Source: Candidatus Sericytochromatia bacterium (GTDB taxonomy: Bacteria > Cyanobacteriota > Sericytochromatia > S15B-MN24 > UBA4093). Taken from it: DNA of 64,000 nt. The notes beneath the pieces are model-generated. The model saw only the letters and a program-made list of their open reading frames with translations, did not search any database and had not been told where the DNA came from. A program made the translations under genes and the position numbers. Location: NCBI GenBank assembly GCA_036676985.1, contig JAKFBU010000007.1, forward strand, positions 1 to 64,000. Reading direction: 5' to 3'. Position 1 is the stretch's first letter. Each line of letters starts with the position of its first letter. Of this stretch, positions 19,553 to 29,771 are shown one piece after another.

Positions 19553-20844
19553 TTAGGGTGTCACCTCGACCGGACGCGTGGCGACCCAGGGGATCCGATG
19601 GACCACCTGGCCGCGCTTGATGACGGTCTTCACCAAGTTGATCCCCATGTGATAGGGGATCATCCGGTAATCATCGGCGTCCCAGAGGACGAGATCCGCC
19701 TGCTTGCCGATCTCGAGGCTGCCGATCCGGTGGGAACGGCTCACGGCGTGCGCCGCGTTGATGGTCGCGGCCACCAAGGCCTCGGCCGGCGTGAGCTTCA
19801 GCTGGGTGCAGGCGAAGGACATCATGAGAGGCATGGACTCGCTGTAGCAGGAGCCCGGGTTGAAGTCGGTCGCAAGGGCCACGGGCACGCCGAGCTCGAT
19901 CATGCGCCGCGCGGGCGCGTGCTCGCGCATGCCGAGGAAGACGGCCGTGCCGGGCAAGAGGGTGCCCACCACGCCCGCGCGGGCCATGGCCGCGAGGCCC
20001 TCCTCGTTGGCGCAGTGCAGGTGGTCGGCCGAGACGGCCCCTACCTTGGCCGCGAGTGCTGCCCCACCGGTGTCGGCGAGCTCGTCGGCGTGGAGCTTGG
20101 CCTCCATGCCGTGCTTCTGGGCCGCGCGCAGGATGCGCTCGGACTGCTCGGGCGTGAAGACGCCCTTCTCGCAGAAGACGTCGCAGAACCGCGCGAGCTT
20201 GCGCATGGCGATACGGGGAATGGCCTCGACGCACAGCCACTCGACGTAGGCGTCGGGATCCTCGCCCTGGGGCACGGCGTGCGCGCCCATGAAGGTGGGG
20301 ACGACGTCCACCGGATGCCGGCGGCCCACTTCCATGAGGGCCTCCAGCTGCTTGACCTCGGTGTCGAAGTCGAGGCCGTAGCCGCTCTTGGCCTCCACGG
20401 TGGTGGTGCCGTAGGTGAGCATGGTCTGGAGGTGATGCTCCGCGCCGCGGATCAGGTCGAGCCGGGCGGCCTCGCGCGTCTTGCGGACGCTCGAGTAGAT
20501 GCCGCCGCCCTCTTCCATGATCTGGGCGTAGGTGGCGCCCTTGGCGCGCAGCTCGAACTCGTGCTGGCGGGTGCCCGCGAAGACCAGGTGGGTGTGGCTG
20601 TCGATGAGGCCCGGCGTGACGACCGAGCCGCGGGCGTCCAGCTCGACGGTGTCGCTGTCGATCGGCAGCTGGGTCATGACCTCGTCGGTCTTGCCCACCA
20701 TGACGATCTCGCCGTCCGAGATGGCGATCGCCCCGTCCGGGATGATGTCCAGCATGCCCTGCTCGGCGCCCGCGCGCGGGGTCGAGGGCCCCGCGACGGT
20801 GACGAGCTGCGCGGCGTTGCGGACGACCAGGTCGATGCGTGCCA

Positions 20845-20845
<1 letters not shown>
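19553..20845 (-). CDS. hutI: Imidazolonepropionase
   Basis: PGLIDSHTHLVF, EAKSGYGL, HADEL, DHL, ATDFNPG. Confidence 0.97.
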
Positions 20846-22554
<1,709 letters not shown>

Positions 22555-22833
22555 TGATGAACACCTCTCTGCGGGGGCCTGCGAACGCGCCGCGGCCGAG
22601 AGGCCGTCCATGCGCGGAAACCTTGGCCATTGTACGATCGCACGCCTCCCAGAGCAAGGCGCGACGCCATCATCGGCGCTCTCGCCGGAGCGATCGCCAT
22701 GACCCGCATGACGAGCGGATCCCTGAAAAAAGTTTAAAGATCTTGGAAAATTAAACGCAAGTTTTAACCTGTTTAAGGCTATCTTAATTTCAGCGCCCCG
22801 TGGCACGCCCTCCCCGAGATGAAGGAGCTACCG

Positions 22834-24072
22834 TTGAAGAAGAACGTCCTGATTGCCCTGCTCAGCCTCACCTCGCTCTCCATGGGCATCGTCGGTTGCG
22901 GCGTGACCCCCGGTGCGGCTCCCATCGGCGAGCGCTCGGCCATGGGTTACAACCCCGAGGAGTTCCGCGCGGACGGCGTCGCCAAGAAGCAGGTGCTCGT
23001 CTCCTTCAAGGGCCGCATGACCACCAGCGAGCTCACGAGCTTCGAGAAGCGCACCGGCATGAAGGTCAAGCGCAACCTGGGCGCCATCAGCTCGGCCCTG
23101 GTCAACATCTCGGGCAGCCCCGAGGCCGCCGTCGCCAAGCTGCAGAAGGACGCCGCCGTCCGCAGCGCCGAGTTCGACCGCGCCGTGCTCCTGGACGACG
23201 TGAAGGTGAACGACCCCTCGCGCGGCAAGCAGTACGCCCTCGACACCGTCAAGGCCGACGCCGCCTGGGGCGTGACCATGGGTAGCGAGAAGGTCGTCAT
23301 CGGCATCCTCGACTCGGGCCTCGACCTCGACCACCCGGACCTGAAGTCCAAGCTCCTGCCCGGCCACAACACCACCGCACCCGGCGCGGCCCCCAAGGAT
23401 GACATGGGCCACGGCACCCACGTCGCGGGCATCGCGGCGGCCGTCTCCAACAACAACGAGGGCATCGCGGGTCTGGCTGCCAACTGCAAGATCCTCCCGG
23501 TCAAGGTGCTCGGCGCCGGCGCGGGCTCGGCGGCGACCATCGCCGAGGGCATCATCTGGGCCGCCGACCACAACGCGGACGTCATCAACATGAGCCTCGG
23601 CTTCTACGAGGAGAACGAGGCCGTCGGCAAGGCCGTCGCCTACGCCCTGAGCAAGAACGTCGTCATCGTCGCGACGATGGGCAACAACAACATCGAGCGC
23701 AAGCGCTACCCGGCGGCCTTCCCCGGCGTCATCGCGGTCGGCTCGACGGCCGAGGGTGACAAGCGGTCGGACTTCTCGAACTTCGGTTCGTGGATGAGCG
23801 TCTCGGCTCCCGGCTCGAACATCCTCTCGACCTTCCCGACCTACCCGGTGCAGATCAGCGGCACCAAGGGCTACGCGAGCCTCTCGGGCACCTCGATGGC
23901 GGCTCCTTTGGTCGCGGGTCTCGCGGGCCTGGTCCGCAGCAAGCACCCCGGCATGGCTCCGGCCGAGGTCAAGAAGATCCTCGAGTCGTCGACGGTCGAC
24001 CTGGGCGACAAGGGCTTCGACAAGAACTTCGGCAACGGCCGCATCGACGCGCTCTCGGCGGTTTCGAAGTAA
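22834..24072 (+). CDS. Subtilisin-like S8 serine peptidase, lipoprotein with I9-like prodomain
   Basis: Lipobox IVGC; catalytic D (ILDSG), H (GHGTH), S (GTSMA); TTG start after AAGGAG. Confidence 0.92.
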   Translation: MKKNVLIALLSLTSLSMGIVGCGVTPGAAPIGERSAMGYNPEEFRADGVAKKQVLVSFKGRMTTSELTSFEKRTGMKVKRNLGAISSALVNISGSPEAAVAKLQKDAAVRSAEFDRAVLLDDVKVNDPSRGKQYALDTVKADAAWGVTMGSEKVVIGILDSGLDLDHPDLKSKLLPGHNTTAPGAAPKDDMGHGTHVAGIAAAVSNNNEGIAGLAANCKILPVKVLGAGAGSAATIAEGIIWAADHNADVINMSLGFYEENEAVGKAVAYALSKNVVIVATMGNNNIERKRYPAAFPGVIAVGSTAEGDKRSDFSNFGSWMSVSAPGSNILSTFPTYPVQISGTKGYASLSGTSMAAPLVAGLAGLVRSKHPGMAPAEVKKILESSTVDLGDKGFDKNFGNGRIDALSAVSK

Positions 24073-24091
24073 GTCTGAACCACGGAAATCC

Positions 24092-24125
24092 AGAGAGGGG
24101 GCCCAATGTGGGCCCCCTCTCTTTT
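24092..24125 (+). terminator. Intrinsic terminator
   Basis: AGAGAGGGGGCCC-AATGT-GGGCCCCCTCTCT then TTT. Confidence 0.8.
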
Positions 24126-24168
24126 GGCGCTCGGAGGAACGGCAACCAAAACTTAACTCGAACCCACG

Positions 24169-24197
24169 TTGAATCGTGTGTATGTAGTGTGTATAAA
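24169..24197 (+). promoter_or_regulatory. hicAB promoter with overlapping direct-repeat operator
   Basis: TTGAAT-N17-TATAAA; GTGTGTAT at 24176 and 24187 (11-bp period). Confidence 0.6.
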
Positions 24198-24233
24198 TAG
24201 GATAGGGGGAAGGTCTACAGTAGCCGTGAGCTC

Positions 24234-24404
24234 ATGGACATCGTGCAGGCCGATGGCTGGAAGCACGTTCGGACGAAGGGCGACCACTATCATTTCAAGC
24301 ACCCGACCAAACCGGGCCTGGTCACCATCCCGCATCCGAACCGCGAGATCCACCCGAAGACCGCCAAGAGCGTCCTGAAGCAGGCCGGGTTGACGGAGGA
24401 GTAG
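24234..24404 (+). CDS. hicA: HicA-family mRNA interferase toxin (absent from the ORF track; N-terminus uncertain)
   Basis: (KVYSSREL)MDIVQADGWKHVRTKGDHYHFKHPTKPGLVTIPHP...SVLKQAGL; directly upstream of hicB. Confidence 0.88.
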   Translation: MDIVQADGWKHVRTKGDHYHFKHPTKPGLVTIPHPNREIHPKTAKSVLKQAGLTEE

Positions 24405-24409
24405 GCAAG

Positions 24410-24823
24410 ATGGCGAACTACATCGCGCTCATGCGCAAGTCGGCCGAAACCGACTACAGCGTGGACTTTCCCGACTTTCCCGGGTGCATCACGGCTGGCA
24501 AGGACCTGGACGAGGCCCGGCGGTTCGCCGAGGAAGCCTTGACCGGCCACATTGAGGTATTGGTCGAGGAGGGGGAAATCATCCCCGAGCCGAGCACCCT
24601 CGAGACGATCATGGCCGACCCGGAGAATCGGGACGCCGTCGTGCTGGTGGTAAGCGTGCCTCCGATCAAGGGAAAGACCGTGCGTGTGAACTTCACGATC
24701 GACGAGGCGACGCTGAACGTCATCGACCGGTACGTCACCAGCCACGGCACAAATCGTTCCGCATTCTTGGCAGATGCGGCTATACAGGTTATCCGGAACG
24801 CAAAGGTTAACCAACCAACGTGA
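24410..24823 (+). CDS. hicB: HicB antitoxin with C-terminal ribbon-helix-helix domain
   Basis: YSVDFPDFPGCITAG..LDEA; VRVNFTID...NRSAFLA. Confidence 0.93.
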   Translation: MANYIALMRKSAETDYSVDFPDFPGCITAGKDLDEARRFAEEALTGHIEVLVEEGEIIPEPSTLETIMADPENRDAVVLVVSVPPIKGKTVRVNFTIDEATLNVIDRYVTSHGTNRSAFLADAAIQVIRNAKVNQPT

Positions 24824-24862
24824 TTCAAAGCAAAAGGCCGGCCCTTTCGGGCCGGCCTCCAT

Positions 24863-26371
24863 TTATTCACCGTATCGAATAGTGGCATTGTATAGCGACT
24901 GATTTTGGCCCAGGGTCTCAGTCGTGACGTTGACGCGAGTGTCGATGTATCGAGTGTGGATATACAAGCTATTGCTCGCCGCCGAAGCGAAGGTGAATGA
25001 TCCTGTCGCCTCATGGTTTTGATACAGTTGGGCTCCGCTCTGGTCGAAAATATAGAGACGTTGGTTACCCTGATCGTATTGGGGGGCTTCGTAGTTAATC
25101 CGATAGACCAGGTTAGGCATGGTTGGAAACCGGTACCACTCCAAGCTTCCATAGCCATAAATCTGGTTGTAGGTAGAACTGCTAAAACTCCCCGTGGCGT
25201 CCACTGTTACGGGCTTTGAAACATCGAAAAACTGGATATCCAGATATTGTGTGGTGCCAGGCACAACGCTCGTTGTCGCACTCCAAGTCGGAATCACGTA
25301 CCACGGCTTTGCGGCATAATAACTGCCCGCGAACGTAAGTTGATACTCGCCAGGCGGTATGCTGGTGAAAGCCTGCTGCGATTGGCCACCATAGATGTGC
25401 TGGTTCTGCCCAGACATGGGGTCCGAAAGAGTGAAGTACATGTAGGGACCCGAGGTTGTGGAGTCGAAACTAGACCCATCCGGGATCCCATCCCCAGTTC
25501 GATCGGCCATACCGGTCGAGCGACCTTGATTGGGCAGCGTGTAACTGTTACCTTGCGGATCGCGGAGGCGAACGATGACCGAGCTACCAGGATAGATCGG
25601 CTGAGCGCCGTTCAAGTGATCCGAAATTTGCCCGGTGGTAATCGAGCCAGGCTGCACCCCCGCCAAAACCAGCGCATTAATGGCGGCTATTACCGGCGCT
25701 GGGTTGATAAACGTGGGGTGCGTGATGTAGCTGACAGCCCCGTTGTTATTGGTAGGATTCAAAATGGGGTTGATGATCCCATTGACGGCGCTCGGATTGA
25801 TGAGGGGGGCGACTTCGGGGCTGAGGCCGCCGATGACGTTAGCGAGCGGAGTGGTACCGAACTTGGCTTCGGCATTCACGACTTGGCCGGCCACGCTCGT
25901 CGCGACGCCCTTGACGGTGGAGACGACACTCCCGCCGCCATCCCGTCCTACAGCCGTAATAATCTGGTTGCGGCCCGCATTGAGGACGACCGTTCCTGCG
26001 GCCGAGGCGCCACTTGAGACATTGATGCTCGTCCTGACGGGAGACGACAGGTTCTCGCCCGTTATAGTCACGTCGACGCGCGAAATGTTGCTGAAATTGA
26101 TGTACTGTGCCGACCGATCGCCTTCCGGTGCCACCTGCTTCTGTGGGATCACGACGAACAGCGTCATTGCCGCCTTGCCCTGCGGCACCACCACCTCCTC
26201 GCCCACCGGAATCGCCTTCACGAATTCCGGGGGATTGGGATTCGAGGCGTAGGTCTCGCCCATCACCTGCGGCATGGTCGTCTTGAGCAGCGAGGGTGCA
26301 CTCACGCATCCGGCGACCAGCGCGGCGCTCATCGCGAGCCCGATCCAGGGGGTCAAACGCTTCTTGGACAT
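24863..26371 (-). CDS. Lipoprotein with Ig/carboxypeptidase-regulatory-like domains and lower-GC C-terminus
   Basis: Lipobox LVAGC; IPPGEYQLTF; paralogous to the upstream gene. Confidence 0.75.
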   Translation of the reverse strand: MSKKRLTPWIGLAMSAALVAGCVSAPSLLKTTMPQVMGETYASNPNPPEFVKAIPVGEEVVVPQGKAAMTLFVVIPQKQVAPEGDRSAQYINFSNISRVDVTITGENLSSPVRTSINVSSGASAAGTVVLNAGRNQIITAVGRDGGGSVVSTVKGVATSVAGQVVNAEAKFGTTPLANVIGGLSPEVAPLINPSAVNGIINPILNPTNNNGAVSYITHPTFINPAPVIAAINALVLAGVQPGSITTGQISDHLNGAQPIYPGSSVIVRLRDPQGNSYTLPNQGRSTGMADRTGDGIPDGSSFDSTTSGPYMYFTLSDPMSGQNQHIYGGQSQQAFTSIPPGEYQLTFAGSYYAAKPWYVIPTWSATTSVVPGTTQYLDIQFFDVSKPVTVDATGSFSSSTYNQIYGYGSLEWYRFPTMPNLVYRINYEAPQYDQGNQRLYIFDQSGAQLYQNHEATGSFTFASAASNSLYIHTRYIDTRVNVTTETLGQNQSLYNATIRYGE

Positions 26372-26389
26372 TGGATATCGCTCCTTACG

Positions 26390-27478
26390 CTACTGGTCGA
26401 AACGGATGAGAAGGTTGAAGAAGCCCTCGCCACCCGGAGGCGGCGGCAACGGGGTCGGCGTGGGAGTGGGCAATGGCGCAGGCGTCGGCGTCGGAGCCAC
26501 GCTCGGCAACGGATTCGGCTGGGGCGCCGATTGCGTCGCCTCGTCCCCGAAGTCGATGCCGATGGCCTCGCTGCCCGCGTAATCGACCTCCACGCTCGCC
26601 GAAGCCCCCTCGTAGAGGGTCAGGTCCGCCGTCTTGCGGCCATAGTCCGCGGAGTTCAACACCAGGACCCAGCTCCCAGGCGTGATGGGCTCGATCCGGT
26701 AGCGGCCGTTGGCCACGTTCACGAAGACCTTGGAGGCCGGATCCGTGATCTGGGCGGTGATCGTCTTGCCCGACGGCAAGCCCCGCACCATCAGATCCAC
26801 GTAGGCCGGCGCAACGGCGAACGAGTGAGTGGCCGGCGGTACCTGGCCGTTGCTCGCGCGAATCTGGCTCGCGATCGCCTCCGCCTTCACCAGGCTCGGA
26901 TGCGCCACTCCGAAGGTCGAGGTCACGGACGCCACGAGCTCCTGCACCTTCTCCGCCGACACCGTCGCGCTCAGGGCCCGCCCCGTCTGACGATCGGCCT
27001 GGTGCAACGCATGGAAGACGCTGCCCGCGGGCGTCGACTCCCAGGTGACGGAGGCCTGATTGGATCCGGGCTTGATCGTGACCACGGCCCGCAACACCGC
27101 GCCCGGCACCGCAGCGCCCGTCGAGTCCAGGCCCTCGACCGTCAGGATGCGGTTCGCGCCGATGGGGATGTTGGCGATCTCGGCGTTTGCCCGGCCGTTG
27201 TTGACCGGGACGGTCGTGGTCAGGGGATCGAAGATGAAGTCGCCCGTCACCGTCACCCGTGCCCCCGCGACCGTCGAGACCGGCAGGGCCTGGGCCTGAT
27301 AGGACGAGATCTTGATCTTGGGCTCGAAGGCGGAGAGGTTGATCGTCAGCGCGCCCGACTCGCGGGCGGGCTGCTGGACCTTCTGGGTGGTAGGCGTGCC
27401 CGTGATCGGCGCGAGCAACGCGCAACCCGCAAGGGAAAGCGTGGACAGGACAAGACACCGGACGACAAAACGGTTCAT
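26390..27478 (-). CDS. Lipoprotein with Ig-like domains and Pro-rich tail
   Basis: Lipobox LAGC; IANIPIGANRILTVEGLD; ITPGSWVL; PTPTP tail. Confidence 0.75.
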   Translation of the reverse strand: MNRFVVRCLVLSTLSLAGCALLAPITGTPTTQKVQQPARESGALTINLSAFEPKIKISSYQAQALPVSTVAGARVTVTGDFIFDPLTTTVPVNNGRANAEIANIPIGANRILTVEGLDSTGAAVPGAVLRAVVTIKPGSNQASVTWESTPAGSVFHALHQADRQTGRALSATVSAEKVQELVASVTSTFGVAHPSLVKAEAIASQIRASNGQVPPATHSFAVAPAYVDLMVRGLPSGKTITAQITDPASKVFVNVANGRYRIEPITPGSWVLVLNSADYGRKTADLTLYEGASASVEVDYAGSEAIGIDFGDEATQSAPQPNPLPSVAPTPTPAPLPTPTPTPLPPPPGGEGFFNLLIRFDQ

Positions 27479-27684
27479 GAGGCCTCCCGGCAAGCTGCTG
27501 GGGAAAAACTTGCTTGTTTGATTATGACATAAGTGATGATTTTATGGTCAACAACCGCTACCGGGGCCCCATCAGCGAAAACCGTCTAGAACCCTCTAAC
27601 CAAGCTCGACCTAACGGGGCCCGTTTGCTATGATGAGCGCAACACGACGCCCGCGCGGGCGCCCCTACAGGAGAGCACGGATCC

Positions 27685-27903
27685 ATGCCACTCAAAGACA
27701 CGCGCGCCATCCTCATGTTTACGGGCGACGAAGGCAAGTACGAGCTGGAAGTCGACTTCGACGGCAAGGTCGGCAACCTCATCAACCTCGCCGACGTCGA
27801 CATGGTCACCAAGCCCGAGGGCAAGTACCGGATCGTCAAGAAGGACGTGATCCCGGCGCCCAACGAGCCGACCCAGGTCATCTACCTGCTCGAGAAGTTC
27901 TAA
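27685..27903 (+). CDS. Small hypothetical protein (72 aa)
   Basis: AGGAGAG RBS; strong GC3 bias; TAATG overlap with the next gene. Confidence 0.75.
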   Translation: MPLKDTRAILMFTGDEGKYELEVDFDGKVGNLINLADVDMVTKPEGKYRIVKKDVIPAPNEPTQVIYLLEKF

Positions 27904-28433
27904 TGACGCGGGCGATCGCCCTATCCCTCCTCATGGCCGGGGCCCTTGCGGCCCCCGCCATGGCCGAGACGTCGTTCACCCTGCCTGGCGGCTACCGATC
28001 CCTGGTCCTGTCCGGCAACGGTACCCAGATCGAGGCCCGCGGCGCCTACGTCCCCGTCGTCTGGTACGGCGGACCCACGCGCTTCTTCAAGCTCCGCTTC
28101 GAACTGGGCGGCGCCTACTTGCGCGACGGCCAGGGCGGCAACTACTCCTACGGCGTCGGCCAGACGTCCGCCAACTTCGAGTTGCCCATCGGCCCCGTCA
28201 TCCCCTACCTCGGGGTGGTCGGCCATGCCGCCTTCCCCTTCCAGCAACCGAGCTACGTCACGGGCTTCCCCTACGGAGCCATGGGACAGGCCGGGCTGCA
28301 GCTCGACCTGGGCATCGCCCTCATCGATCTCCACGCCGGCACCGGACCGGTCTGGGGGCTCTCCCAGGCCCAGGGCTCCGCCTACGAGGGCAACCTCACG
28401 GACATCGGCGGCCGCGTCCTCTTCGCGTTCTAG
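27903..28433 (+). CDS. Small outer-membrane beta-barrel protein
   Basis: Signal peptide ending AMA; amphipathic strands; terminal Phe (GGRVLFAF). Confidence 0.7.
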   Translation: MTRAIALSLLMAGALAAPAMAETSFTLPGGYRSLVLSGNGTQIEARGAYVPVVWYGGPTRFFKLRFELGGAYLRDGQGGNYSYGVGQTSANFELPIGPVIPYLGVVGHAAFPFQQPSYVTGFPYGAMGQAGLQLDLGIALIDLHAGTGPVWGLSQAQGSAYEGNLTDIGGRVLFAF

Positions 28434-28437
28434 GCGC

Positions 28438-29769
28438 CTAGGGAGTCCGCACGCTGGACTCGGGCCAGGCGAGCAACCGCACCATGTCCCGCTGCATGCG
28501 GGCCGCGATCATGCCCGCCGCTTCCCCTTCCAGGATGGCCTCGACCCCCTCGTAGTAGTAGGTGCTGAACGCGTTGTAGCGAGGGCCCACGCGCCCGCTG
28601 GGGCGCTGGATCATGTTCGGCAACTGCGGCGCCACGGCCGCCAAAAGGGGTAAATCGGAGCGCAGGCCCGGATCGTCCCAGAGCTTCTGGACCGTGGGCA
28701 GGTAACTCCCCTCGCGCGCCCGCCACGCCTGGACCTCGGGGCTCGTCAGGTAGCGCACGAAGGCCACGGCCGCCTCGGGGTGGCGCGATCGCCGGGACAC
28801 TCCCAGCTGCCAGCCTCCCATGACGCTCACCGAGCGATGCCCCGCCGCCGCCGGCAAGCCGGCCACGCCGACCTTGCCCCGAATCGGCGAGTCCGCGGCC
28901 TCGAGCCCCGCATGGACGTATGCCCAGTTGCGCATGAACACCGCGCCGCCTTCCCGGAAGCGATCGAGTGATTCCGGCTCGTCATAGCTGATCACGGCCG
29001 GGGGCGTGATCGTCCCGATCCAGCCGGCGGCACGCCGGAAGGCCGCAATGGCCCGCGGATCGTCCACCGAAACCTGCCCCGTCCGTGGATCGATCAGCCC
29101 GCCACCCCCATGGCTCTCCTGCCATTCCAGGGCATTGCACGTGAGCCCCTCGTACGCCAGTCCCTGCCAGATGAAGCCCCAGAGGTCCCTCCCCCCGGAT
29201 CGCTCGCCGGACTGGATGTCCCGGGCCATCGCCTCGAGCTGCTCCCAGGTCACGGGCGGGCGGGCGTACCCGTGCTGTTCGAGCAGGTCCTTCCGGTAAT
29301 AAAGCAGACCCAGATCCAGGAAGTAGGGCATGGCAACCAGGCGTCCGCCCACCGTGTCGCTCTCCCTGCACATGGCTAAGTGGTTCCGAGCCTCCGTCGC
29401 CAGCGTGGGCGTGAGATCGAGGAGGTACGGGGCAAAAGCCGCGGGCCAGATCAGGTCGATCAAGTAGACGTCGACTTCCGCCTCTGCGGCCTTGAACTGG
29501 CGATCGTAGGTCACGTAGGTCTCGGTGGTCGATTCGGGCCGGGGCACGAGGTTGACCCGGATGCCCGTGTCCTGCTCGAAGCGCTGGATCAAGCTCCGCT
29601 CGAGGGTTCGGCCGAGCTCATGCGAGTCCCCGTAATAGGTGATCGATACCCCGGCGAACCGGCGCGTCGCCTCGGGCACAGGAGGCGGCGAGAGCTCCTC
29701 CGCCGTCCGGTGGCACCCCCCCGCGGCACAGAGTACGATCAGCAAGCTCAGAAGCAGCCTCCGCGCCAT
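28438..29769 (-). CDS. ABC-type sugar solute-binding lipoprotein (trehalose/maltose ThuE-like)
   Basis: Lipobox AGGC; LYYRKDLL, WQG..YEGLTCNALEW, FMRNW, GGWQLGV. Confidence 0.9.
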   Translation of the reverse strand: MARRLLLSLLIVLCAAGGCHRTAEELSPPPVPEATRRFAGVSITYYGDSHELGRTLERSLIQRFEQDTGIRVNLVPRPESTTETYVTYDRQFKAAEAEVDVYLIDLIWPAAFAPYLLDLTPTLATEARNHLAMCRESDTVGGRLVAMPYFLDLGLLYYRKDLLEQHGYARPPVTWEQLEAMARDIQSGERSGGRDLWGFIWQGLAYEGLTCNALEWQESHGGGGLIDPRTGQVSVDDPRAIAAFRRAAGWIGTITPPAVISYDEPESLDRFREGGAVFMRNWAYVHAGLEAADSPIRGKVGVAGLPAAAGHRSVSVMGGWQLGVSRRSRHPEAAVAFVRYLTSPEVQAWRAREGSYLPTVQKLWDDPGLRSDLPLLAAVAPQLPNMIQRPSGRVGPRYNAFSTYYYEGVEAILEGEAAGMIAARMQRDMVRLLAWPESSVRTP

Positions 29770-29771
29770 GT

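Noticed and set aside
24150-27500. Prophage or integrative element around hicAB
   Set aside because: No integrase, att repeats, tRNA or phage genes; only a compositional shift.
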